Assembly (NCBI GenBank): GCA_964571895.1
Contig: CAZNDW010000003.1
Coordinates: forward strand, 1 to 36,494
DNA: 36,494 bases
Origin: an uncultured Planctomycetales bacterium
GTDB lineage: Bacteria > Omnitrophota > Gorgyraeia > Zapsychrales > JAHFFX01
Reading direction: 5' to 3'
In this document: positions 9,483 through 16,776 of the stretch, piece after piece
How positions within the stretch are numbered: position 1 is the stretch's first letter
Layout of the letters: the number at the start of each line of letters is the position of its first letter
Notes under the pieces: generated by a model
The model's database searches: none
Seen by the model: only the letters and a program-made list of their open reading frames with translations
Told to the model about the DNA's origin: nothing
Position numbers and translations under genes: made by a program

Positions 9483-9944
9483 ATGAAACATTTTAAAAAG
9501 ACGACGAATAAGCCTTTGGGAGAACTTTTGGTAGAACGCGGCACGATCAATCGAGAAGAGTTGGAGATGGCCCTCAATTATCAAAAAGAGCAGGGGGGGC
9601 TCCTGGGAGATATTTTGGTGGAATTAAAATTTGCCCGGGAGGAAGATATTGCCCAAGCCTTAACGTGCCAATACGGGTTTCCTTATCTTCCTTTGTCCAA
9701 TTATGAGATCGATCCGGATGTGATCAATGCGATTCCCGAAAATGTGTGCCGGCAGTTTTGTCTGATTCCCATCGATAAAATCGGAAAGAGCTTGACCATG
9801 GCCATGGTGGATCCCCTGAACGTTCAGGCCATCGAAGACGTGGAGCTCGTCACCGGCTGCTCGGTCCAGACCTTCGTCAGCACCCCAACCGATATTAAAA
9901 ATTCCCTCAACAAGTACTATAAGACAAAATCATGTTCTCCTTAA
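9483..9944 (+). CDS. Standalone GspE/MshE N-terminal (T2SSE_N / MshEN-like) domain protein
   Basis: 153 aa. PLGELLVERGTINREELEMALNYQ is followed by LLGDILVELKFAREEDIAQAL and FCLIPIDK. There is no ATPase domain. Confidence 0.8.
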   Translation: MKHFKKTTNKPLGELLVERGTINREELEMALNYQKEQGGLLGDILVELKFAREEDIAQALTCQYGFPYLPLSNYEIDPDVINAIPENVCRQFCLIPIDKIGKSLTMAMVDPLNVQAIEDVELVTGCSVQTFVSTPTDIKNSLNKYYKTKSCSP

Positions 9945-11674
9945 AAGAACGCCTCAGAGAATTACTCATCGACACCCAGGTCATCAAAGAAGAAGATTTT
10001 CGCCGCGCTCTAGAAGAACACAAACAATTCGGCGGCGAATTCAGCAAAATTTTAGTCAAGCGAAATTTGATTCAGGAAGATCAGCTGACCTTGATCTTAA
10101 GTGAAGGATTGGATCTTCCTCCCGTTGATATCACCCGTCTTAAGATCAATCCAGAAATCCTGCGGAGTTTCCCCCAGGAATTGGCCCTCAAGTATCAGGT
10201 CATTCCTATTGCCAGAACAGGCGATCATTGGACTCTGGCCCTGTCCGATCCTCTCAATATTTTTGCCATTGAAGATTTAGACATCTTAAAAGGCCTGAAG
10301 ATCATCCCCATTATGAGCGACCCCAAAGGCATTGCCCAGGTCTTGGAGGTTTACTCCCTAGGGAGCACAGCGACAAAATTGGAAAAGATTATTCAAGACA
10401 GCAAGGAAACCGAGGAGGGCTCGTTGATCAAGGAGGCGATGGGGGATATGGATAAATCCGCCATCGAAAAACTGACCCAAGAGGCCCCGATCATTAAGCT
10501 CACCGATGCGATTATCAAACAAGCGGTTTTGGCCAAAGCGAGCGATGTCTTCATCGAGCCGATGGAGAAGACCTTGCGGATCCGCTATCGGATTGATGGG
10601 ATTATCCGGGAGATCGATCGCATGTCCAAGGTGTTGTATTTTCCGCTGGTATCGAGAATAAAAGTGATTTCCAATCTGGACATTTCCGAGCACCGTCTGC
10701 CCCAGGATGGACGGTTTAAGACGATCATGGAAGGAGAAAAGCAAGTGGATTTTCGGGTCAGTGTGCTTCCTACGATATTCGGAGAGAATGTTGTTTTTCG
10801 GATCTTGGATAAGAATTTGGAGATGCTCGATCTTCCCAAGCTGGGGTTTAATCAAAAATCCCTCAAGACCCTGCAGGAATGTTCCCAAAGACCCCATGGG
10901 ATGATTTTAACCTGCGGACCGACGGGTTCCGGCAAGACCACCACCTTGTATTCCGTCCTCAAATTCATTGACTCTCCCGAGAAGAATATCGTAACGGTCG
11001 AAGATCCTGTGGAATATCAAATGAAGGGGATCAACCAAGTGAACGTCAAGCCCCAGGTGGGGTTGACCTTTGCCAGCAGCCTTCGTTCCATCCTGAGGCA
11101 AGACCCCGATGTGATTCTGATTGGGGAAATCAGGGACACGGAGACCATGGACATTGCGGTGAAGGCGGCCTTAACCGGGCACCTCGTCTTAAGCTCCCTG
11201 CATACAACCACAGCGGCGGGATCGGTCATCCGGATGATGAATATGGGGGTTGAGCCCTTTCTGATGTGTTCTTCTGTGATTGCCGTCGTGGCGCAGCGGT
11301 TGGTGAGGAGAATCTGTGGTCCCTGCAAAGACTCTTATGCGGCGTCGCCGGTGTTGGTGGAGAAAGCAGGGTTTGAGAAGTTGTTTGGAAAAAAGAAAAT
11401 CGAATTATACCGGGGGCGGGGATGTCCGCATTGTTTTAATACCGGCTATAGCGGGCGGGTCATTATCAGTGAGATTCTTAAGCTCACCGCCAAGGTCAAG
11501 GAATTGATCCTGGGCCGTGTGGGGGAGCCCAAAATCAAACAAGCCGGGCGAGCCGAAGGGATGACCACCATGCGGGAAGACGGTCTTGCCAAGGCCTTGG
11601 AAGGAGTCACTTCGTTAGAAGAGGTGATGCGTGTCACGGCCCCCGATGAGGAGCTGGAGAAAGGCGCCTCTTAA
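9932..11674 (+). CDS. pilB: Type IV pilus assembly ATPase, PilB/GspE family (paralog 1)
   Basis: 580 aa with an N-terminal T2SSE_N domain. Motifs: Walker A GPTGSGKTT, Asp box VEDPVEY, Walker B DVILIGEIRD, His box TGHLVLSSLHT. Tetracysteine motif CGPC...CPHC. Confidence 0.9.
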   Translation: MFSLKERLRELLIDTQVIKEEDFRRALEEHKQFGGEFSKILVKRNLIQEDQLTLILSEGLDLPPVDITRLKINPEILRSFPQELALKYQVIPIARTGDHWTLALSDPLNIFAIEDLDILKGLKIIPIMSDPKGIAQVLEVYSLGSTATKLEKIIQDSKETEEGSLIKEAMGDMDKSAIEKLTQEAPIIKLTDAIIKQAVLAKASDVFIEPMEKTLRIRYRIDGIIREIDRMSKVLYFPLVSRIKVISNLDISEHRLPQDGRFKTIMEGEKQVDFRVSVLPTIFGENVVFRILDKNLEMLDLPKLGFNQKSLKTLQECSQRPHGMILTCGPTGSGKTTTLYSVLKFIDSPEKNIVTVEDPVEYQMKGINQVNVKPQVGLTFASSLRSILRQDPDVILIGEIRDTETMDIAVKAALTGHLVLSSLHTTTAAGSVIRMMNMGVEPFLMCSSVIAVVAQRLVRRICGPCKDSYAASPVLVEKAGFEKLFGKKKIELYRGRGCPHCFNTGYSGRVIISEILKLTAKVKELILGRVGEPKIKQAGRAEGMTTMREDGLAKALEGVTSLEEVMRVTAPDEELEKGAS

Positions 11675-11688
11675 GATGAGGTTCGAGG

Positions 11689-13395
11689 ATGAGTGAAACC
11701 TTAAAAGACCATATCATCAAAGCCTTGATCGAGCTGCGGCATCTGAAAAAAGAAGATATCGATGAGGCCTTGGCTTTACAGAAACAAAAAGGACTTCCTC
11801 TGGAGAAGGCCTTCATTGAGAAGGGCCTGATCACGGAGAAGGACTTGTTGATTTTGCTCATTAAAGAACTCAGAATCCCATCGATCAATTTGACGAAATA
11901 TAAAATTGATCCCGGCCTCAAAGCCGTCATTCCCGAACGGCTCGCCCGACAATACCACATTATCCCGATTTCCCAGCTGGGGGATACAATCACAATCGCC
12001 TTATCGAATCCTTGGAATATCTTTGCCATCGATGATTTGAGAAATATCACCGGTAAAGATATCGATGCCATCATGAGCACAGATTCCGAGATCATGAAGG
12101 CGATCGACCATTACTATGGGAGAAAGGCCACCAGCACGGTTGCGGAAATCAGCAAGGATATCTCTGTCGAGGGTTTGGAAATTATCTCCGAGCAAGAACA
12201 GGAAACGCTCGATACCACGGTCGATGCCAGTGAACAGGCCCCGATTATTCGCATGGTGGATTTGGTCATCACCGAGGCCATCAAGCAGAGGGCCTCGGAT
12301 ATCCATCTTGAGCCCACAGCAGAAAATATGCGCGTGCGCTACCGGATCGACGGAGTTTTGCAGGATATCCTGAATATTCCTAAAGAAAATCAGAATGCAA
12401 TTATTGTCCGGATCAAGATCATGTCGCGGCTGGATATCACCGCCTCCCGCATCCCTCAGGACGGGCGGTTCAAATTGCGTCTCGAGGAGAAAGAAATCGA
12501 TTTTCGGGTTTCCCTTTTGCCTACAACCTACGGCCAAAAGATCGTCATGCGGGTTTTGGACAAAAAGAATCTGGGGATCGGTTTGGATGGCTTGGGTTTT
12601 TCGAAAGAGGCCGTAGCGCAACTCCAAGAGGCGAGCACGAAACCTTTTGGGATGATCCTCGTCACGGGACCGACCGGCAGCGGAAAATCCACGACCCTTT
12701 ATTCGATCGTCAATCGGTTGAATACCGTTGATAAGAATATTATCACGGTCGAGGACCCGGTAGAGTACTTGATGGAAGGATTCACCCAGATTCAAGTCCG
12801 TCCCGAGATCGGGCTCAGTTTTGCCGCTGGATTGAGGTCCATTCTCCGCCAGAGCCCGGACATCGTGATGGTTGGAGAGATCCGGGACTCTGAAACCGCC
12901 GACATCGCCATCAAAGCCGCCTTGACTGGCCAGTTGGTTTTCTCGACCCTCCACACCAACGATGCCGCCGGCGCCCTCACCCGCTTGGTGGACATGGGGG
13001 TTGAGTCCTTTTTGGTTGCCTCCAGCCTCGTGACCGTCACGGCCCAGCGTCTGTGCCGGCAGATCTGTTCGCATTGCAAGGAACCGGTCGATATCCCATC
13101 CCCGGTCATTAAGGATTTGGGAATCAAAGTGCTGGCGGGGACAAAGTTTTATAAAGGAAAGGGGTGTGAGACGTGCCGAAAGACCGGATACCTGGGACGG
13201 CTCGGGATAACAGAAATCTTAAATGTGGATGACACGATCCGTGAGATGCTCCTTAAGGGTGATTCCTCCGACGAGATCAAGCGGTACGCTTGCCAGCACA
13301 ATCATATGACCACTTTAAGAGAAGATATCTTTCAGAAATTTACCTCGGGACTGACCACTCTGGAGGAAGTCCTCCGGATCACCACGGGTGATTAG
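11689..13395 (+). CDS. PilB/GspE-family ATPase (paralog 2, His-box variant)
   Basis: 568 aa with the same architecture as paralog 1. Motifs: GPTGSGKST, VEDPVEY, DIVMVGEIRD, CSHC...CETC. The His box reads TGQLVFSTLHT (first His replaced by Gln). Confidence 0.9.
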   Translation: MSETLKDHIIKALIELRHLKKEDIDEALALQKQKGLPLEKAFIEKGLITEKDLLILLIKELRIPSINLTKYKIDPGLKAVIPERLARQYHIIPISQLGDTITIALSNPWNIFAIDDLRNITGKDIDAIMSTDSEIMKAIDHYYGRKATSTVAEISKDISVEGLEIISEQEQETLDTTVDASEQAPIIRMVDLVITEAIKQRASDIHLEPTAENMRVRYRIDGVLQDILNIPKENQNAIIVRIKIMSRLDITASRIPQDGRFKLRLEEKEIDFRVSLLPTTYGQKIVMRVLDKKNLGIGLDGLGFSKEAVAQLQEASTKPFGMILVTGPTGSGKSTTLYSIVNRLNTVDKNIITVEDPVEYLMEGFTQIQVRPEIGLSFAAGLRSILRQSPDIVMVGEIRDSETADIAIKAALTGQLVFSTLHTNDAAGALTRLVDMGVESFLVASSLVTVTAQRLCRQICSHCKEPVDIPSPVIKDLGIKVLAGTKFYKGKGCETCRKTGYLGRLGITEILNVDDTIREMLLKGDSSDEIKRYACQHNHMTTLREDIFQKFTSGLTTLEEVLRITTGD

Positions 13396-13403
13396 GAAGC
13401 TGT

Positions 13404-13448
13404 CCCCCTCCCTAGCCATCCCCCATTTGGGGGGAGGGGAGGTGGGGG
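13404..13448. repeat. C-run / G-run imperfect hairpin
   Basis: CCCCCTCCCTAGCCATCCCCC-ATTT-GGGGGGAGGGGAGGTGGGGG, starting 9 nt after the paralog-2 stop codon. Confidence 0.7.
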
Positions 13449-13538
13449 AAAGATTTTAAAGTATTTGAAATTTTTGCAGGGACAGGTTACATTTAAAGTG
13501 GGGGGTCGGGCAGTCGTCCTCCTAGAGGAGAGAATTTT

Positions 13539-14000
13539 ATGGGCTCAGCAGAGAAACCCAATATCCCAAGACCATTGATTGGGGAGATTCTGATCAAAAG
13601 GAATATGATCACCCCCAAGCAATTGGCGGAAGCCTTGGAGATTCAAAAGAAACAGGATGGCTTTATCGGAGAGATTTTGGTCAACCTCGGATACCTTGAG
13701 GAGAGGGACATCGTGGTTGCCTTGGTTGTCCAGTGCGGCCTTCCCTACATCGCCGTCAACAAATACGATATCGATCCTGGTGTCCTCAAACTCATCCCCA
13801 CGGAGGTCGCCCGGAATCTGCATGTGATTCCCTTGGATCGCGTGGGGGATGTGCTCAGTGTGGTCATGATCAATCCCTTGAATGAACCGTTAAAAGAACA
13901 ACTGAAGCAAATCACGGGCTGTCGCATCGCCCCCTTCATTGCCACAAAAACAGAGATCGATGAGACGATCGCTCGATTTTATCCCATCACGGCGGGATGA
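13539..14000 (+). CDS. Second standalone T2SSE_N / MshEN-like domain protein
   Basis: 153 aa. LIGEILIKRNMITPKQLAEALEIQ is followed by FIGEILVNLGYLEERDIVVAL and LHVIPLDR. A GGAGAG ribosome-binding site precedes the ATG. Confidence 0.8.
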   Translation: MGSAEKPNIPRPLIGEILIKRNMITPKQLAEALEIQKKQDGFIGEILVNLGYLEERDIVVALVVQCGLPYIAVNKYDIDPGVLKLIPTEVARNLHVIPLDRVGDVLSVVMINPLNEPLKEQLKQITGCRIAPFIATKTEIDETIARFYPITAG

Positions 14001-14020
14001 GCTTTCCAATCATAGGATCG

Positions 14021-14163
14021 CTTATTCTCCTACGCCCCCACTGCTTTCTTGCGAAAGCAAGAAGCGGGGGCTTCGGAGCAATTATTCTGCATGGAGAATT
14101 CCTGCCTGTCGGCAGACAGGATTGCTGCGAAGCCCCACCTTTAGCGGGGCGTAGCAGAATAAG
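14021..14163. repeat. Nested palindromic element of about 143 bp, same family as 7783-7926
   Basis: The 18-bp outer stem CTTATTCTCCTACGCCCC (14021-14038) / GGGGCGTAGCAGAATAAG (14146-14163) has one mismatch. Inner hairpins: CCCCCACTGCTTTCTTGC-GAAA-GCAAGAAGCGGGGG, GGGGCTTCGGAGCAAT / ATTGCTGCGAAGCCCC and CCTGTC-GGCA-GACAGG. Confidence 0.8.
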
Positions 14164-14179
14164 ACAAGGACGACGGGAT

Positions 14180-15388
14180 ATGATCATCTTTAAATACGTG
14201 GCCAAAGATCCTAATGCCAAAACTGTCACCGGCAAGATGGCCGCTGAGAATCAGATGACTGTGCTCGAGGAGCTCAGAAAGCGCAAGCTCATTGTGATTT
14301 CTATTTCTGAGATTAAAGGAATAACTCTCTTCAAGCCAGGGACAGGCAAGAAGAAGGTTAAACCCGATGACGTTGTGATCTTTGCCAGACAATTGAGCAC
14401 CATGGTGGAGGCCGGGATCCCCATCCTGCAGGCCTTGGATGCCTTGCAGGAGCAGATGACCAGTTCTCATTTTCAGAGTGTCATTGCCTCTATGCGAGAT
14501 GACATTCAGATGGGAAGCAGCCTTTCGGCGGCCTTTGCCAAACACCCAAGGGTCTTTGGAGCGTTTTTTATCAACATGGTGAAGGTCGGGGAAACGGGCG
14601 GAATTTTAAGCGCGATCCTGGATCGGGTTTCAACCTATATGGAAAAGATCCTGAAATTGCGGCGGAAGGTCCAATCTGCCATGGTGTATCCGATGGTTGT
14701 GATTTCCATGGCCGGTATTATTACGGTGGTTCTGCTGGTGAAGGTTGTCCCGACTTTTGCGACCATCTATCAATCTTTTAATAAAGATCTGCCGGCTATG
14801 ACGCAGTTTCTCATAAATATCAGCACGGTTTTGAAACAACAGCTCCTTTGGTATATCGCGGCAATTGTTATCCTCATTTTTATCATGTCCCGTTGGTATT
14901 GCACCCCCAAAGGGGCCTTGACCATTGATCGGATGAAATTGAGGATGCCCATTTTTGGTGAGCTGATTCGAAAAGTCGCCATCAGCCGTTTTTGCCGGAC
15001 TTTGGGCACCTTGATTCAAAGCGGAGTCCCCATCTTAGAATCGTTGGATATCGTCGGCAAGACCTCGGGAAATAAAGTGATCGAGGTCGTCACCGAGAAT
15101 ATTAAAAACAATGTCCGCGAAGGGGAAAGCATCGCCGTGCCGCTGGTTCGAAGCGGGGTTTTCCCTCCTATGGTTACCCGTATGATTGCGATCGGAGAGA
15201 AATCGGGACAGATGGAGAAGATGTTGACAAAGATCGCGGAATTTTATGATGATCAGGTGGACGCGGCTGTGGCCGGCTTGACCAGTATCATTGAACCGGT
15301 CATCATTGGATTTTTGGGGATTGTGGTGGGATTTATTGTGATCGCGTTATTTTTACCGATTCTGAGCATCACTCAGCTTCTCAAATAA
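14180..15388 (+). CDS. pilC: Type IV pilus platform protein PilC (GspF family)
   Basis: About 402 aa starting at MIIFKYVAKDPNAKTVTGKM, a typical PilC N-terminus. It has two GspF repeats and three TM segments. The ORF is also open from ATG 13997, which forms an ATGA overlap with the upstream stop. Those 61 extra codons are mostly the palindromic element. Confidence 0.85.
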   Translation: MIIFKYVAKDPNAKTVTGKMAAENQMTVLEELRKRKLIVISISEIKGITLFKPGTGKKKVKPDDVVIFARQLSTMVEAGIPILQALDALQEQMTSSHFQSVIASMRDDIQMGSSLSAAFAKHPRVFGAFFINMVKVGETGGILSAILDRVSTYMEKILKLRRKVQSAMVYPMVVISMAGIITVVLLVKVVPTFATIYQSFNKDLPAMTQFLINISTVLKQQLLWYIAAIVILIFIMSRWYCTPKGALTIDRMKLRMPIFGELIRKVAISRFCRTLGTLIQSGVPILESLDIVGKTSGNKVIEVVTENIKNNVREGESIAVPLVRSGVFPPMVTRMIAIGEKSGQMEKMLTKIAEFYDDQVDAAVAGLTSIIEPVIIGFLGIVVGFIVIALFLPILSITQLLK

Positions 15389-15417
15389 CCGAGGCCCCAG
15401 CGGATCAATAGGCAATC

Positions 15418-16239
15418 ATGGGAAAAATGAGAAAATCGGTTTTTTTCTTATCTTTGATGATAGGTCTTATTCTATGGTCAACCGATATTTATGCCGAAAC
15501 AGAAGCACCCTCATTGGAGGGTAGTTTGAAACAGAGTCTCACCAATTTTAGAAAGAGCGTTGAAGAATTAAAGAAAAACAATGATCTCTTAAGGGAGCAG
15601 ATTAAGGCATTGCGGCTTGAGGCACTGAAATTCCAGGAAACTCTTAAGTCTTTATCGTCTGAGGAGCCGACACGCCAGCGAGAGGAATTCCAGGGCTTAG
15701 AGAAAACAATCAGAGAGCTCAAAGAAAAAGAGAATCATTTGATGGAAGAACTCTCCCACAGACAAACCGCTGCCGAAGGGTTAAAACAAGAATATCATCA
15801 GTTGAATGAACCTTTGGCCGCCATCGAACACAATGCCAACCCCCTTCAGCGTAGTCGAAAGGTTGATCCTAAAAGCCTCTCCGGAAAGCGGGAACAATTA
15901 AAAAAAGAATATCTGAAAGGAAATCAAGAATTGGATGTTTTGTTAAACGAAGAGAAGACTCTGCAGCAAGAGATATCCCGTATCGAACAGCCCCGGGATC
16001 AGAAGCTCATGGCTCTTGAGAAAGAAATCCAAGATTTAAGATCAAAAGGCGAGGCCTTTGCCAGCGCTTTGACACAGATTCGCCAGAGCTTTGACGAGGA
16101 CGAATTTCTCAGTGCCCGATCCTTAAGAGACGAAAAAAAGCTGCAGGAGACTCTGGATCTTTTACAAAAAGAGAATGAGGTTCTGACCGAAAAACTGTTA
16201 AGGTTATTGATGCAGACAAGGAATGGCTTAGACCGATGA
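15418..16239 (+). CDS. Secreted coiled-coil protein, function unknown
   Basis: 273 aa with a signal peptide (FFLSLMIGLILWSTDIYA/ET). The remainder is E/K/L/Q-rich coiled coil. It lies between pilC and the pilin gene. Confidence 0.75.
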   Translation: MGKMRKSVFFLSLMIGLILWSTDIYAETEAPSLEGSLKQSLTNFRKSVEELKKNNDLLREQIKALRLEALKFQETLKSLSSEEPTRQREEFQGLEKTIRELKEKENHLMEELSHRQTAAEGLKQEYHQLNEPLAAIEHNANPLQRSRKVDPKSLSGKREQLKKEYLKGNQELDVLLNEEKTLQQEISRIEQPRDQKLMALEKEIQDLRSKGEAFASALTQIRQSFDEDEFLSARSLRDEKKLQETLDLLQKENEVLTEKLLRLLMQTRNGLDR

Positions 16240-16257
16240 TTATTTAGGCTACTCGGT

Positions 16258-16287
16258 TTGACACTGAGTCTTTGGGCATGTTATACT
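16258..16287 (+). promoter_or_regulatory. Candidate sigma70-type promoter upstream of the riboswitch-like element
   Basis: TTGACA (16258-16263), 18-nt spacer, TATACT (16282-16287). Confidence 0.45.
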
Positions 16288-16304
16288 TACATTGACTCTT
16301 CGAT

Positions 16305-16374
16305 GGCGCCCCCGCCTTTGGCGGGGGGCGCCTCTCAGAGTTGCCCTGAGCAAGCCCCGCCCTGAAGGGCGGGG
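16305..16374. repeat. Pair of GC-rich hairpins
   Basis: GGCGCCCCCGCC-TTT-GGCGGGGGGCGCC (16305-16332) and GCCCCGCCC-TGAA-GGGCGGGGC (16353-16374). No T-run follows either one. Confidence 0.7.
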
Positions 16375-16400
16375 CGAGTCGAAGGGTTGACAATTGAGAA

Positions 16401-16510
16401 GATCATGATAAAGGTAAACCATTCGTAAGAATGGGGCACAAAGCTAGAGGGTTCTGCTTTGCCCCGATTGAAAACGTCGGGACTTTGCAGGACAGCCAGT
16501 TACCATGATG
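16401..16510 (+). promoter_or_regulatory. c-di-GMP-I (GEMM) riboswitch-like aptamer
   Basis: GGUAAACCAUUCGUAAGAAUGGGGCACAAAGC (16413-16444) matches the remembered V. cholerae Vc2 core at 27 of 32 positions. It has a GNRA-capped hairpin and a second hairpin, GUUCUGC / GCAGGAC. The closing segment is AGCCAGUUACC. P1 is AUCAU / AUGAU. Confidence 0.7.
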
Positions 16511-16533
16511 AAGAAGGGCGTTTGAGGCTTTGA

Positions 16534-16575
16534 CCTATTCTACGGGTGTGCGGGTTGGTAGAATAGGTTTTTTTA
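16534..16575 (+). terminator. Intrinsic terminator (likely riboswitch expression platform)
   Basis: 10-bp perfect stem CCTATTCTAC (16534-16543) / GTAGAATAGG (16558-16567) with a 14-nt loop, followed by TTTTTTT. Confidence 0.8.
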
Positions 16576-16588
16576 TTTGGGAAAGAAA

Positions 16589-16616
16589 TTGACAAGACAT
16601 TGGGTAATGATACAAT
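16589..16616 (+). promoter_or_regulatory. Sigma70-type promoter with extended -10, upstream of the pilin gene
   Basis: TTGACA (16589-16594), 16-nt spacer ending in TGA, TACAAT (16611-16616). It would give a 5' UTR of about 155 nt. Confidence 0.5.
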
Positions 16617-16776
16617 CGACTTAAGAATGTGATCCGAGTCGAAGAGCCATCAATAGGCCGGGAAGATGTGAGAGAGTAAAGAAGCAACCGTCATCATCCT
16701 TATTGGACGCCTCTTCTCTTCTGGGTCTGCAGTTTCGGCGAAAGCGGCTTAATCACGATCCAGAAAGGGGGGAAAG

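Noticed and set aside
12001-13074. 357-aa minus-strand ORF
   Set aside because: It is antisense to the second PilB-like gene, which has full Walker A/B, Asp box and tetracysteine motifs. The antisense translation is G/R/D-rich with no recognisable domain.
16387-16414. TTGACA (16387-16392) with a weak -10 as the promoter of the riboswitch-like RNA
   Set aside because: A start site about 7 nt after that -10 would fall inside the aptamer, downstream of the P1 5' strand at 16402-16406. The -10 (TAAAGG) is also poor. The upstream TTGACA/TATACT pair at 16258-16287 fits better.
16617-16776. Sigma54-type (GG-N10-GC) promoter upstream of the pilin gene
   Set aside because: The only TGG-containing candidate (TTGGACGCCTCTTCTC) lacks the -12 GC element at the right spacing.
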